Below, piece after piece: positions 29,397-40,056 of a stretch of 64,000 bases of DNA. The position numbers and the translations under genes are program-made. The stretch covers positions 49,494-113,493 of the forward strand of contig DUFD01000044.1 of assembly GCA_011171075.1 (NCBI GenBank). Reading direction: 5' to 3'. Every line of letters starts with the position of its first letter. The stretch's first letter is position 1. The notes below the pieces were generated by a model. The model was not told the origin of the DNA. It searched no databases and worked only from the letters and a program-made list of their open reading frames with translations. The stretch comes from Dehalococcoidia bacterium (lineage in GTDB: Bacteria > Chloroflexota > Dehalococcoidia > Dehalococcoidales > Fen-1064).

Positions 29397-30080
29397 CTAT
29401 GCTTGCAGGGCTTTCCTGCCGGTGACCTCCTGCTTGATGTACCACTCATGAACGGCTTCAATTACACGTTCGGGTTCGTCACATACCCTCAGTAGATGAA
29501 AGTCCTCTTCGGAAATATATTCGCGGACCAGTGAAACACTTCTTAGCCACTCAAGGAAACCGTTCCAGAACTGGCTGTCGTAAAGTATTACCGGGAAGGG
29601 CTTAATCTTGTAGGTCTGCATCAGGGTCAGTACTTCGCTTAATTCGTCAAGTGTTCCCATGCCACCGGGCATGATGACAAAAGCGGTGGCGTATTTGACC
29701 AGCATTACCTTGCGTACGAAGAAGTGATGGAAGGTTATTGCTTTTGTGGTGTAGGTATTAGGGACCTGCTCCTCGGGCAGTTCGATGTTGAGTCCTACGG
29801 AGGTCACACCGGCTTCCATCGCACCACGATTGGCTGCCTCCATTACGCCAGGACCACCGCCGGTGATGATGGAGAAGCCGTTCTCGCCGAGGCGGCGGGC
29901 TATCTCCTGTGTCTGTGAGTAAATCTCGTCACCGGGCCTGATTCGGGCTGAGCCGTAGATGGTAACCGCCGGCTCAATTCCACTTAACGAATCAAAACCC
30001 TCGACCAGCTCACCAATGATGCGGAACATTCGCCAGGACTCTTCCTTGGCCATCTCGTTAATTTCATATTCGTACGCCAT
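29397..30080 (-). CDS. LOG-family phosphoribohydrolase (TIGR00730)
   Basis: TGGGPGVMEAAN, RKVMLVK, PGGMGTLDEL. Confidence 0.92.
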   Translation of the reverse strand: MAYEYEINEMAKEESWRMFRIIGELVEGFDSLSGIEPAVTIYGSARIRPGDEIYSQTQEIARRLGENGFSIITGGGPGVMEAANRGAMEAGVTSVGLNIELPEEQVPNTYTTKAITFHHFFVRKVMLVKYATAFVIMPGGMGTLDELSEVLTLMQTYKIKPFPVILYDSQFWNGFLEWLRSVSLVREYISEEDFHLLRVCDEPERVIEAVHEWYIKQEVTGRKALQA

Positions 30081-30171
30081 AGCACCCTCCCTGTATGCCG
30101 ATATTACCATATTAGGTGCCAAGAGACATAATCGGGTACAAAATAATAGTCAAGGTATCTCTGTGTTTCAG

Positions 30172-30729
30172 CTATGGCTTTCGAACGGGTGCCTCGCCAG
30201 GCACGTGAGGGGTCTGATATTTCTCCGCTTCCCGGTTGATTAGCTTTCTGGCATGTTCCGGGTCGAGACTGCCCCTCCTGACGGCATTTACCCAGTGAGT
30301 GGTTGCTGCTACGAGTCCGGGGGCATGCTCTGCAAGGGGCGGGCTTTCAAACAACCTTACCTTTTTACTACCGGCTTGCTCAGCGGTTGACAGACTTTCA
30401 AAGAAGATGTCCCCAAGTTCCATGACTATAGAACGGCCTGCCGCGCTGAATCGATGGCAGAAATGCAGCCGGCACAGGACTGGTCGAAAGTCGTTGATAG
30501 GACACCAACCGAACTGAGGGGCATAGAGCTCGCAGCCGCATCCTAGGCAGCACCTGCTCTGGCAGTCCAAACAAATTTTTTCTTCCTGATTAACGCGGTC
30601 CATCCTGGCCACGGCCTCGGCGACCTCTTTGCCATAGAGCTCATACATCTCCGAATTGGTAATCAGGGGCAGGCGGGAGAGCTGTTCTACGTGCTCCATG
30701 AAACGGGCTACTGCCTTCTCTTTGTTCAT
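30172..30729 (-). CDS. YkgJ/CxxCxxCC-like Cys-cluster protein
   Basis: CLDCQSRCC..C..CPI..RPVLCRLHFC. Confidence 0.65.
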   Translation of the reverse strand: MNKEKAVARFMEHVEQLSRLPLITNSEMYELYGKEVAEAVARMDRVNQEEKICLDCQSRCCLGCGCELYAPQFGWCPINDFRPVLCRLHFCHRFSAAGRSIVMELGDIFFESLSTAEQAGSKKVRLFESPPLAEHAPGLVAATTHWVNAVRRGSLDPEHARKLINREAEKYQTPHVPGEAPVRKP

Positions 30730-30881
30730 CGTGTTTGTACTTCCGGATAATGTCTCTGCCGGTCTGTAAAAATCCGCACAGCCGACTCTAAAAATGGTAG
30801 CCGTATGGCTTTTACATGTCAACCGCGTTTCCTGCCGTCGTGTGCTGATAGATGGGGAGTCAGATACTAAACTGCCAGTTT

Positions 30882-33800
30882 TTAGACCAGGTCGGAGTGG
30901 TAATCCTGCAGGGATCTTACGCTGGACTCACCCTGCCGGTACGCAGCAATCCCCATGGCGGCGGCAGCAGCGGCCGGTAGTGTTGTGATATAGGGAATCT
31001 TATAAGTTATAGCTGCCTTGCGGATATATGAATCATCATACTGGCTGAGCTTACCGCTCGGGGTATTGATGACCAGGTGTATTTCGCTATTGGTGATACC
31101 GTCCACGATATTTGGTCGGCCTTCGTGCATTTTTAAAATTGGCTCAGAATCAATTCCGTGCTCCTTCAGGAATTGATGGGTACCCTGTGTCGCCTTGATT
31201 CTGAAACCGAGGTCAGCGAATCTCCTGGCCACATCAGCAACGTTGGGCCGGTCTCTCTCAGATACGGTTATCAGGACGGTGCCCTCTATTGGTAACTGTT
31301 GTTTAGCCGCCTCCTGGGCCTTGGCATAGGCACGACCGAAGGAATCAGCGATGCCGAGGACCTCGCCTGTTGACCGCATTTCCGGCCCCAGCAGGGGGTC
31401 TACCTCGGGGTACATATTGAAGGGAAAGACTGATTCCTTGACACCGAAATACGGTATCTTGTTAATCTTCAGGGCTGTTTCAGACAGTTTATGGCCAAGC
31501 ATGAGTTGGGTGGCAATGCGTGCCATCGACACGTTGCAGACCTTGGATACCAGCGGTACTGTTCTGGAGGCCCTTGGATTTGCCTCCAGGACGTAGACGG
31601 TGTCTTGGAATATGGCATATTGCATGTTCATCAGCCCGACGACATCGAGCTCCTGAGCGATTTTTCTGGTGTACTCAATAATGGTATTCACGTGTTTCTC
31701 CGGTATGCTGACCGATGGTATGACGCATGCCGAATCGCCGGAGTGTACACCGGCAAACTCGATATGTTCCATTACGGCGGGCACCAATACCTCGTTGCCG
31801 TCGGAGATGGCGTCGGCCTCGGCCTCAATCGCATTCTCGAGGAACTTGTCAATCAGTATGGGGCGGTCAGGCGTTACATCGACTGCAGCGGCAACGTACT
31901 CTTTAAGTGCCTCCTCGTCGTAAACGACCTCCATCCCTCGTCCGCCCAAGACATAAGACGGTCGTACCATAAGTGGATAGCCAATCCTCCCGGCTACGTC
32001 GAGGGCCTCCTCCAGGTTACTTGCCATCCCGGACTCAGGCATCGGGATATTCAGTTCCTGCATAATCCGGCGAAAGCGGTCGCGGTCCTCGGCCAGGTCA
32101 ATAGTATCCGGTGAGGTGCCCAGTATTTTGACGCCTGCTTCGGCAAGGTCCTGGGCGATATTTAATGGCGTCTGGCCACCGAATTGTACTATAACCCCCT
32201 CCGGCTTCTCCTTGTTGTAGATGCTCAGGACATCTTCCACGGTCAGGGGCTCAAAGTACAACTTGTCGGAGGTATCGTAATCAGTGGAGACGGTCTCAGG
32301 GTTGCAGTTCACCATAATTGTCTCGAATCCCATATCACGCAGGGCGAAGGCAGCATGGACACAGCAATAGTCGAACTCGATACCCTGACCGATCCGGTTC
32401 GGGCCTCCGCCGAGGACCATGACCTTCCGGTGGTCAGTGGTGGTATTCTTGTCCGGGGCGTTGTAGGTTGAGAAATAATAGGCTGCATTTTCAACGCCGC
32501 TTACCGGTACAGGTTCCCATGTTTCAACGACGTTAAGTGACGTACGCCTGGCCCGGATGTCTTTCTCAGCGATGCCCAACAACTGCGAAATATAGCGGTC
32601 TGCGAACCCGTCCTTCTTGGCCTTCACCAGTAGCTCATCCGGCAGCATCCTGCCGCGATACCCCAGAATCTTCTCCTCCAGTTCTACAAGTTCCTTCATC
32701 TGCTCGATGAACCATTGCTTTATATACGTCTTCCGGGAGAGTTCTCCGACATCCGCTCCTTTGCGTAGAGCCTCATACATGATGAACTGGCGCTCGCTGG
32801 TGGGTTCTCTGAGCATATCCATCAGGTCGGCCAGCGACTTCTGGTGGAAGTTTTTGGCAAAGCCCAGACCATAGCGCCCGTTCTCGAGTGAGCGTATTGA
32901 TTTCTGGAATGCTTCTTTGTAAGTCTTTCCAATGCTCATTACCTCGCCCACGGCGCGCATCTGAGTGCCCAGCTTGTCTACGGCATCTTTGAATTTCTCA
33001 AAGGCCCACCGGGCGAACTTCACCACTACGTAGTCGCCCGATGGCGTGTACTTGTCCAGAGTCCCATCCCGCCAGTAATAAATCTCGTCCAGGGTGAGTC
33101 CGCCGGCGAGCTTGGAGGAGACGAGGGCAATAGGGAACCCGGTTGCCTTGGATGCCAGGGCCGACGAGCGCGACGTACGGGGATTTATTTCGATGACAAC
33201 TACACGACCGGTCTCAGGGTCATGTGCAAACTGAATGTTGGTACCCCCAATGACCTGTATCGCCTCGACAATCCGGTATGAGTAGTCCTGGAGACGTTCT
33301 TGAAGCTCAGGGTCGATTGTTAGCATTGGGGCTGTGCAATAAGAGTCACCTGTGTGGACGCCCATAGCGTCTACGTTTTCGATAAAACAGACGGTAATCA
33401 TCTGGTTCTTGGAATCACGGACGACCTCCAGCTCCAGCTCTTCCCATCCCAGTACAGATTCTTCGATAAGTATCTGGCCGACAAGACTGGCAGATATACC
33501 ACGTTTGGCCACGGTACGCAGTTCCTCGACGTTGTAAACGAGCCCTCCTCCGGTCCCTCCCATTGTGTAGGCAGGACGCACCACTACCGGATAGCCAATG
33601 TCCGCAGCAATTTTTTCGGCGTCTTCCACGGAGTAGACGGCGGTGCTCTTTGGCATTTCGATGCCGAGGCGGTTCATCGTCTCCTTGAACGCTATTCTGT
33701 CCTCACCGCGTTCAATGGCATCAGCCTGGACACCGATAATCTGGACACCATACTTGTCAAGGACACCGGAGCGGTAGAGCTCGGCGCTGAGATTGAGGCC

Positions 33801-34082
33801 GGATTGCCCTCCCAGGTTCGGCAGTAGCGCATCGGGCTGTTCCTTCTCAACAATCTGTATCATTCTTTCCAGGTTGAGGGGCTCAATGTAAGTGACATCG
33901 GCCATGCCGGGGTCTGTCATAATCGTGGCGGGATTGGAGTTGACCAGGACAATCTCATAACCAAGTTCTCGCAAGGCTTTGCAGGCCTGGGTGCCGGAGT
34001 AGTCGAACTCGCAGGCCTGGCCAATAACTATTGGCCCGGAACCAATTATCATGACCTTTTTAATGTCTGTTCTTCGTGGCAT
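30882..34082 (-). CDS. carB: Carbamoyl-phosphate synthase large subunit
   Basis: GSGPIVIGQACEFDYSG, duplicated ATP-grasp, GPNRIGQGIEFDY, C-terminal MGS-like domain. Confidence 0.98.
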   Translation of the reverse strand: MPRRTDIKKVMIIGSGPIVIGQACEFDYSGTQACKALRELGYEIVLVNSNPATIMTDPGMADVTYIEPLNLERMIQIVEKEQPDALLPNLGGQSGLNLSAELYRSGVLDKYGVQIIGVQADAIERGEDRIAFKETMNRLGIEMPKSTAVYSVEDAEKIAADIGYPVVVRPAYTMGGTGGGLVYNVEELRTVAKRGISASLVGQILIEESVLGWEELELEVVRDSKNQMITVCFIENVDAMGVHTGDSYCTAPMLTIDPELQERLQDYSYRIVEAIQVIGGTNIQFAHDPETGRVVVIEINPRTSRSSALASKATGFPIALVSSKLAGGLTLDEIYYWRDGTLDKYTPSGDYVVVKFARWAFEKFKDAVDKLGTQMRAVGEVMSIGKTYKEAFQKSIRSLENGRYGLGFAKNFHQKSLADLMDMLREPTSERQFIMYEALRKGADVGELSRKTYIKQWFIEQMKELVELEEKILGYRGRMLPDELLVKAKKDGFADRYISQLLGIAEKDIRARRTSLNVVETWEPVPVSGVENAAYYFSTYNAPDKNTTTDHRKVMVLGGGPNRIGQGIEFDYCCVHAAFALRDMGFETIMVNCNPETVSTDYDTSDKLYFEPLTVEDVLSIYNKEKPEGVIVQFGGQTPLNIAQDLAEAGVKILGTSPDTIDLAEDRDRFRRIMQELNIPMPESGMASNLEEALDVAGRIGYPLMVRPSYVLGGRGMEVVYDEEALKEYVAAAVDVTPDRPILIDKFLENAIEAEADAISDGNEVLVPAVMEHIEFAGVHSGDSACVIPSVSIPEKHVNTIIEYTRKIAQELDVVGLMNMQYAIFQDTVYVLEANPRASRTVPLVSKVCNVSMARIATQLMLGHKLSETALKINKIPYFGVKESVFPFNMYPEVDPLLGPEMRSTGEVLGIADSFGRAYAKAQEAAKQQLPIEGTVLITVSERDRPNVADVARRFADLGFRIKATQGTHQFLKEHGIDSEPILKMHEGRPNIVDGITNSEIHLVINTPSGKLSQYDDSYIRKAAITYKIPYITTLPAAAAAAMGIAAYRQGESSVRSLQDYHSDLV

Positions 34083-34149
34083 GTGTTAATGCTCCTCTGC
34101 ATAAAAGGATGCCTGAGTGCCGCGATTGGTCGCCCCCGCCCAATGCGTA

Positions 34150-34226
34150 TGGCGTCCCTGGCAGGATTCGAACCTGCGACCCGCTGCTTAGAAGGCAGCC
34201 GCTCTATCCAGCTGAGCTACAGGGAC
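34150..34226 (-). tRNA. tRNA-Arg (anticodon TCT)
   Basis: GTCCCTG acceptor, D arm TAGCTCAGCTGGATAGAGC, loop CTTCTAA, GGTTCGAATCC, encoded CCA. Confidence 0.97.
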
Positions 34227-34238
34227 ATGGTCACAGTT

Positions 34239-34267
34239 ACTCTATCATTACGGGCATGACCCGTCAA
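34239..34267 (-). promoter_or_regulatory. sigma70-type promoter of tRNA-Arg
   Basis: TTGACG-17-TAGAGT with extended TG. Confidence 0.7.
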
Positions 34268-34361
34268 GAAAGGCAGTTACTCGTCCAAGACTGGGGCAAA
34301 CAACGGAATAGAAGAAGGAGAGCACCTGCTTCGTGAGAAAGTATCATTTGAGTTTTGAATG

Positions 34362-34781
34362 CTACTCAACGGTGACAATCAGGGTGTATGTCCATTCTGC
34401 TTCAATACCGCCCAACCATCCCTGGCTGTATTCCATAGTGACTTCAGTCGTTCCCTCGCCGGCTGCCTCAAAAGTCCATACATCCGTACCGGCAGCCCCT
34501 ACCAGTTCATCGTCTTCAGGTTCTACATAATCGTAGTCCTCAAACTTCAGTACACTCTCATTGTCTATTTCGTATGTCCACCGGAATCCAGTTGTTATAT
34601 TCGAGCATAGTTCTATCCTTATCTTGTCACCCACCTCAACTTCAAAATCGCCGCTCTGATTATGGTTACTGTCAAAATCGTCGCATGAAATCTCTTCTTT
34701 ATAGTCATGCGACGTAACACATGAAGTCAGCAAAAGTGCGGCTATAATTATTAATGCTATTGAGAAGAATCTGAGTCTCAT
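34362..34781 (-). CDS. Lipoprotein, chagasin/I42 protease-inhibitor family
   Basis: Lipobox LTSC; SN.TTGF.W, VGAAG..WTF.A..G, Y...W. Confidence 0.88.
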   Translation of the reverse strand: MRLRFFSIALIIIAALLLTSCVTSHDYKEEISCDDFDSNHNQSGDFEVEVGDKIRIELCSNITTGFRWTYEIDNESVLKFEDYDYVEPEDDELVGAAGTDVWTFEAAGEGTTEVTMEYSQGWLGGIEAEWTYTLIVTVE

Positions 34782-34921
34782 TGGTATTCCTCCTACGGTT
34801 GAATCACAAGATTAAGCCAGCAGGATTTTACTCGTTAATTATGGATGGTGTCAATCAGAGATACTGGTGCCTTGTTTGGGGGATGGAGCTGTTATCATGC
34901 TCTTATACCTTGTCCATCCTG

Positions 34922-35422
34922 CTACCCCTGCTGCCACATGCCAACGATGGATAGCCCGAAGCAGGTCAGGCAGGTAACGATTACACCGGCAATCAGCACA
35001 CCGGCGAGGATGGACAGAAAGGCATGCTTGAATTTAATTCCGAAGAGGACGGCCGCCAGGGAGCCGGTCCAGGCGCCGGTTACCGGCAGCGGGATGGCGA
35101 CAAACAGTATCAGCCCGACCCTTTTATACTTCTGGATTATTTTGCCTCTCCGGCGCGTCCGCTCGAAAAGCCAGTTAAGCATCCGGTCAAAGAACCTTAC
35201 TTTACTGAGGAGCCGGGCGGCTGCGTCGAGGAAGAGCAGGATAAACGGTACCGGCAGCATGTTTCCAATGACGGCCAGCAGAAAGGCGTAATACCAGGAG
35301 AAGTCGAACAGTGTCATGGCCACCGGAATGCCGCCGCGGAGCTCAAGGATTGGCAGGGCTGAGGTGATGATGACTACCAGTTCTTTAGCAAGGCCCAGAT
35401 TGATAAGGTCTTCAGGGGACAC
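34922..35422 (-). CDS. Small multi-drug export family membrane protein (COG2426)
   Basis: LPILELRGGIP, FVAIPLPVTGAWTG; GTG start after AAGGAG. Confidence 0.88.
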   Translation of the reverse strand: MSPEDLINLGLAKELVVIITSALPILELRGGIPVAMTLFDFSWYYAFLLAVIGNMLPVPFILLFLDAAARLLSKVRFFDRMLNWLFERTRRRGKIIQKYKRVGLILFVAIPLPVTGAWTGSLAAVLFGIKFKHAFLSILAGVLIAGVIVTCLTCFGLSIVGMWQQG

Positions 35423-35450
35423 GTTTCTCCTTATACCCCGGTCTTGGTGG

Positions 35451-35528
35451 AGTGTAGCAAATGCACATTGGGCAGTCAAGCTGACAGGCGTGCAGCGCCT
35501 TGACATGATTTCGGGACATTGCTAGTAT
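35451..35528. promoter_or_regulatory. Back-to-back sigma70-type promoters
   Basis: Plus: TTGACA(35500)-17-TAGTAT for dxs; minus: TTGACT(35479)-17-TACACT; both with extended TG. Confidence 0.7.
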
Positions 35529-35544
35529 TGAATCAGGTTGCGAG

Positions 35545-37431
35545 ATGGCGAGACTTTTAGACCGAATCGATAGTCCATCAGACCTGAAAGAACTGACACC
35601 GCTGGAGCTACAACAGCTAGCTTCTGAAATCAGGGAGGAACTCGTATCGGTCGTTTCTGTCAACGGAGGCCACCTGGCTTCCAATCTGGGCGTTGTCGAG
35701 CTCACCATTGCCCTGCACAGGGTCTTCGATAGTCCACGCGACAAGCTTGTCTGGGACGTAGGGCATCAGGCATATACCCACAAGCTCCTAACCGGTCGGA
35801 GGGACCGTTTTCCCACGCTACGGCAGGCTGGCGGACTGTCCGGTTTTACAGACCGCACGGAGAGCGAGCATGACCACTTTGGCGCCGGCCATGCCAGTAC
35901 CTCGATTTCGGCCGCCCTCGGGATGGCGGTGGCCCGTGACCTGTCCGGTGATAACTATAACGTGGTTGCTATCATCGGCGATGGGGCTGCTACCGGCGGG
36001 ATGGCACTTGAGGGGATGAACCAGGTGGGGCACCTTAGCTCCCGGTTGATTGTGGTGCTCAATGATAATGGGATGTCGATTTCACCGACCGTCGGTGCTC
36101 TGGCCAAGCTGCTTGGTAAGGTGCGGTTCGATGACCGTTACCGTCGTGCCCGTGAGAGAGGCAGGCGGATTTTAATCCGACTACCACTTGGCAATAAGGT
36201 CTGGCAGGCAGGTAAACAGGTAGAGACCGGGGTGAAGGGGATGTTCATGCCGACCACCTTCTGGGAGGAGCTTGGTTTTGCCTACATGGGACCGGTCGAC
36301 GGACACAATGTCCGTGAGCTTGAGATGGCCCTGGCCCAGGCGCGTGACTACCGCGAGCGGCCAATCCTGCTCCACGTTGTGACTACCAAGGGGAAAGGTT
36401 ACCTTCCGGCCGAAGGGGATGCCGTCTATTTCCACGGGATTCCGGCGCAGGGTGGAGACAACCGGGAAATACCCACCTATAGCGAGGTGTTTGCCCAGAC
36501 AGCGCTCCGGCTGGCCCGTGAGGAACCCCGAATTGTAGTAATAACGCCGGCTATGCCGGAGGGGAACTGCCTGAGCACTGTCGCCGCTGAGTTTCCGGAG
36601 CGCGTGTTTGACGTTGGTATCTGTGAGCAGCACGCGGTCACCTTTGCTGCCGGACTGGCTACCCAGGGCTATATTCCGATAGTAGCCATCTATTCCACCT
36701 TTTTACAGCGCTCCTACGACCAGATTATTCACGACGTCTGTCTGCAGGACCTGCCTGTGGTCTTTGCCATCGACCGTGGCGGGATTGTTGGTGATGATGG
36801 GAAGACTCACCAGGGTAGCTTTGATATCTCCTATCTGACAATGGTGCCCAATCTGATTGTGGCTGCACCGAAAGATGAAGACGAGCTTCAGCATCTTCTC
36901 TATTCAGCAACCAAGTCCGTACATCCCATGGCGGTACGTTATCCTCGTAGCGCCGGACTCGGCGTGGATATGGTACCCGAATTGCACTTGATACCTGCAG
37001 GAGAAGGGGAACTGTTAAGGGACGGCATAGATGTTGCTATTATTGCCATCGGGTCGATGGTAGCTCCGGCCGTGGAGGCTGCTGAGGAACTGGCTGCCTC
37101 TGGTATCGAGGCGGCCGTTGTCAATGCCCGCTTTGCCAAACCTCTTGACCGCAAGCTTATTCTGGAGGTTGCCAAGCGTATAGGACGTGTAGTCACGGTG
37201 GAGGAGAACACGCTTAGCGGTGGCTTTGGTAGCGCTATCACTGAGTTGCTTCAGACGTCACAGGTGGGCGATATAAAAATAGTAAGTATGGGCCTTCCTG
37301 ATGAATTCATAGAGCACGGTTCTCAGATGAGCCTTCGCTCCAGATACGGTCTCGATGCTGCCGGGATAGTCCGGCAAGTAAATGCTCTGGTTTCGGCTAT
37401 GGACAGTGCGAGAACCGCCGTCGATTATTAG
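35545..37431 (+). CDS. dxs: 1-deoxy-D-xylulose-5-phosphate synthase
   Basis: GGHLASNLG, WDVGHQAY.HK, GDGA..GG, IYSTFLQR, DG.THQG. Confidence 0.98.
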   Translation: MARLLDRIDSPSDLKELTPLELQQLASEIREELVSVVSVNGGHLASNLGVVELTIALHRVFDSPRDKLVWDVGHQAYTHKLLTGRRDRFPTLRQAGGLSGFTDRTESEHDHFGAGHASTSISAALGMAVARDLSGDNYNVVAIIGDGAATGGMALEGMNQVGHLSSRLIVVLNDNGMSISPTVGALAKLLGKVRFDDRYRRARERGRRILIRLPLGNKVWQAGKQVETGVKGMFMPTTFWEELGFAYMGPVDGHNVRELEMALAQARDYRERPILLHVVTTKGKGYLPAEGDAVYFHGIPAQGGDNREIPTYSEVFAQTALRLAREEPRIVVITPAMPEGNCLSTVAAEFPERVFDVGICEQHAVTFAAGLATQGYIPIVAIYSTFLQRSYDQIIHDVCLQDLPVVFAIDRGGIVGDDGKTHQGSFDISYLTMVPNLIVAAPKDEDELQHLLYSATKSVHPMAVRYPRSAGLGVDMVPELHLIPAGEGELLRDGIDVAIIAIGSMVAPAVEAAEELAASGIEAAVVNARFAKPLDRKLILEVAKRIGRVVTVEENTLSGGFGSAITELLQTSQVGDIKIVSMGLPDEFIEHGSQMSLRSRYGLDAAGIVRQVNALVSAMDSARTAVDY

Positions 37432-37508
37432 AATATATTTGGCAAATCACTGACTCTTGGCGGTATAAGAAAATGTGGCGAGTTCGATAGGAGATACTCC
37501 GAGGACAA

Positions 37509-38702
37509 ATGGCAGAAAAACTGACAATTAGAGATGTGGACGTCGGTGGTAAGCGTGTCTTTGTTCGGGTGGATTTCAACGTTCCCATTGATGAGGGCAC
37601 GGGGGAAATAACCGATGTCAGCCGTATTCAGGCGGTATTGCCCACAATCGAATACCTCATTGGCCAAGGAGCGAGGATTATCCTGGCCTCTCACCTGGGA
37701 CGTCCCCAGGGTAAAGTGGAAGAGAGTATGCGTCTGGCGGTGGTTTCCCGACGACTGTCGCAGATACTGGACAAGCACGTAGCGGCTACCAGAGATTGCA
37801 CCGGTGCTGAGGTGGAGGAAGCAGTAGCCACTCTCAAAAACGGGGATGTGCTGCTGCTGGAGAACCTGCGGTTTTATCCTGGTGAGGAAAAGAACGACCC
37901 GACTTTTGCTGAGTCGCTGGCAAGACTGGCTGATATCTATGTCGATGATGCCTTCGGTACGGCCCACCGGAGCCACGCCTCAATAGTCGGCGTGGCAAAG
38001 CTCCTTCCGGCGGTCGCCGGACTCCTGCTGGAGAAAGAGCTTCGTAACCTGGGTGGTCTTCTGAAAAATCCGGCGCATCCCTTCGCTGCTCTGCTCGGTG
38101 GAGCAAAGGTAAGCGATAAAGTGGCTATGGTGGAGAATATCATGGGTAAGGTGGACTGCCTGCTTATCGGTGGCGGGATGGCAGCCACTTTCCTACAAGT
38201 TCTTAAGTATGAGGTCGGTCTGTCCCTGGTAGAGAAGGACCTGCTGGATACTGCTGCCCGTTTGATTGCACAGGCAAAAGAGAAAAACATACGTTTGCTG
38301 CTGCCCGTAGATGTAGTGGTCGCCGACGAGATTAAAGCCGGCACTAAGGTCGATGTGGTATCTGTCGAGGACATACCGCCCGATATGAGAATTGCCGATA
38401 TCGGCCCGCAGACAATAAAAATCTTCGAGGAAGAACTGCTGAGGTGTAAGACTATCTTCTGGAACGGCCCGATGGGTGTCTACGAGATACCCCGGTTTGC
38501 CGAAGGAACGCAGGCGATAGTCAGGTTGCTGGCTGGTAGCCAGGCAAAAACTATCATCGGTGGAGGGTCTACTGCCGAAGCGGTAGCTGGCATGGGGCTA
38601 TCTGAAAAAATGACCTTCGTGTCTACCGGCGGCGGGGCCTCGCTACGATTCCTCAGCGGTGAAACACTGCCCGGCGTGGCTGTTCTGCTTGATAAAGCAT
38701 AA
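37509..38702 (+). CDS. pgk: Phosphoglycerate kinase
   Basis: RVDFNVP, SHLGRP, LLENLRF, GGAKVSDK, STGGGASL. Confidence 0.98.
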   Translation: MAEKLTIRDVDVGGKRVFVRVDFNVPIDEGTGEITDVSRIQAVLPTIEYLIGQGARIILASHLGRPQGKVEESMRLAVVSRRLSQILDKHVAATRDCTGAEVEEAVATLKNGDVLLLENLRFYPGEEKNDPTFAESLARLADIYVDDAFGTAHRSHASIVGVAKLLPAVAGLLLEKELRNLGGLLKNPAHPFAALLGGAKVSDKVAMVENIMGKVDCLLIGGGMAATFLQVLKYEVGLSLVEKDLLDTAARLIAQAKEKNIRLLLPVDVVVADEIKAGTKVDVVSVEDIPPDMRIADIGPQTIKIFEEELLRCKTIFWNGPMGVYEIPRFAEGTQAIVRLLAGSQAKTIIGGGSTAEAVAGMGLSEKMTFVSTGGGASLRFLSGETLPGVAVLLDKA

Positions 38703-38806
38703 CCCTGCAGGGGCTGACGATAATACCTGCCATATCCTGCCGTTGGTGATATAATAAACCATTGCCTTTCACGTCGGGGTCAGGTTTTCGGAGGTAATAG
38801 TCAGCA

Positions 38807-40012
38807 ATGGCTGATATAGAATTGATGAAACTGCTCTCCATGTCTTCACCGAGCAAGATAGTCTTGCTGATACTGGATGGTCTGGGCGGGCTACCCCGAC
38901 CGGAGACGGGTAAGACGGAGCTGGAGACAGCCCGTACGCCGAATCTGGATTCGCTGGCAGTGAAGGGCATATGTGGCCTTGTCGACCCCGTAGGACAGGG
39001 GATTACGCCTGGCAGTGCTCCCGGTCATGCGGCGTTGTTCGGCTATGACCCGCTGCATTCCGAAATCGGGCGTGGCGTCCTCGAAGCCGTCGGGATAGAC
39101 TTTGATTTGCAGTCGGGTGATATTGCTGCCCGCGGAAACTTCTGCACCGTGGATGGCGAAGGTAAAATCACTAACCGCCGGGCTGGCCGGATTTCCACGA
39201 AAAGGTGTACTGAACTCTGCCGGTTACTCGACGGCATGATAATAAATAATGTCACCATTCTGGTGAGACCCGTGCGAGAACACCGGTTCGTGGCAGTATT
39301 CCGTGGCGCTGGTCTGGTTGAGCGTGTCTCCGAATCCGACCCGCAACAACTGGGAGTGACTCCTCTGGCGATTGAGGCTCTATCACCGGCGGCAGCCAAG
39401 ATGGCGTCAGTGGCTAACTGGTTTGTTGACCGGGCGAGGAAAGCCCTCGAAACCCATTATCCGGCCAATATGATTCTCCTTCGGGGATTCTCGAAGCGAC
39501 CCCAGTTCCAGACAATGAACGAGATATACAAACTGACGCCGGCTTCTATCACTGTATACCCTATGTACCGGGGTCTGGCCCGGCTGGTCGGCATGGAAGC
39601 CCTGGAGACAGGAATTACCTTCGAGGATGAACTTAAGACACTTCGTGAGAACTACGACAGGTTCGACTTCTTTTTCGTGCATGTCAAGGCAATCGATTCT
39701 GCCGGTGAGGACGGCGATTTCGACCGCAAAGTGGGTGTAATTGAGGAGGTTGATAGGGCACTGCCAGCGCTGATTGATCTGAATCCCGATGTGGTTGTAG
39801 TTACCGGGGACCACTCGACACCAGCACTGTTGAAGGGGCACAGCTGGCACCCGGTGCCACTTTTGATATCCTCTCCCTGGTGCCGCCCCGATGGTGTTAC
39901 CGGGTTCTCTGAATCTGCCTGCATCCACGGGGGTCTGGGTAGGTTCCCGGCGACCGAGATTATGCCGCTGGCGATGGCCCACGCCCTTAAGCTGAACAAG
40001 TTCGGTGCGTAG
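38807..40012 (+). CDS. apgM: Cofactor-independent phosphoglycerate mutase, archaeal-type
   Basis: ILDGLGG, TPNLD, PGS..H..LFGY, TGDHSTP..HSWHPVP. Confidence 0.93.
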   Translation: MADIELMKLLSMSSPSKIVLLILDGLGGLPRPETGKTELETARTPNLDSLAVKGICGLVDPVGQGITPGSAPGHAALFGYDPLHSEIGRGVLEAVGIDFDLQSGDIAARGNFCTVDGEGKITNRRAGRISTKRCTELCRLLDGMIINNVTILVRPVREHRFVAVFRGAGLVERVSESDPQQLGVTPLAIEALSPAAAKMASVANWFVDRARKALETHYPANMILLRGFSKRPQFQTMNEIYKLTPASITVYPMYRGLARLVGMEALETGITFEDELKTLRENYDRFDFFFVHVKAIDSAGEDGDFDRKVGVIEEVDRALPALIDLNPDVVVVTGDHSTPALLKGHSWHPVPLLISSPWCRPDGVTGFSESACIHGGLGRFPATEIMPLAMAHALKLNKFGA

Positions 40013-40056
40013 TTACTCATAATATGATTGCTTAATAGCATAGCGGGGGAAATAAA

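Noticed and set aside
34150-34226. tRNA-Arg as an active integration site
   Set aside because: No duplicated tRNA 3' end or integrase seen in the window
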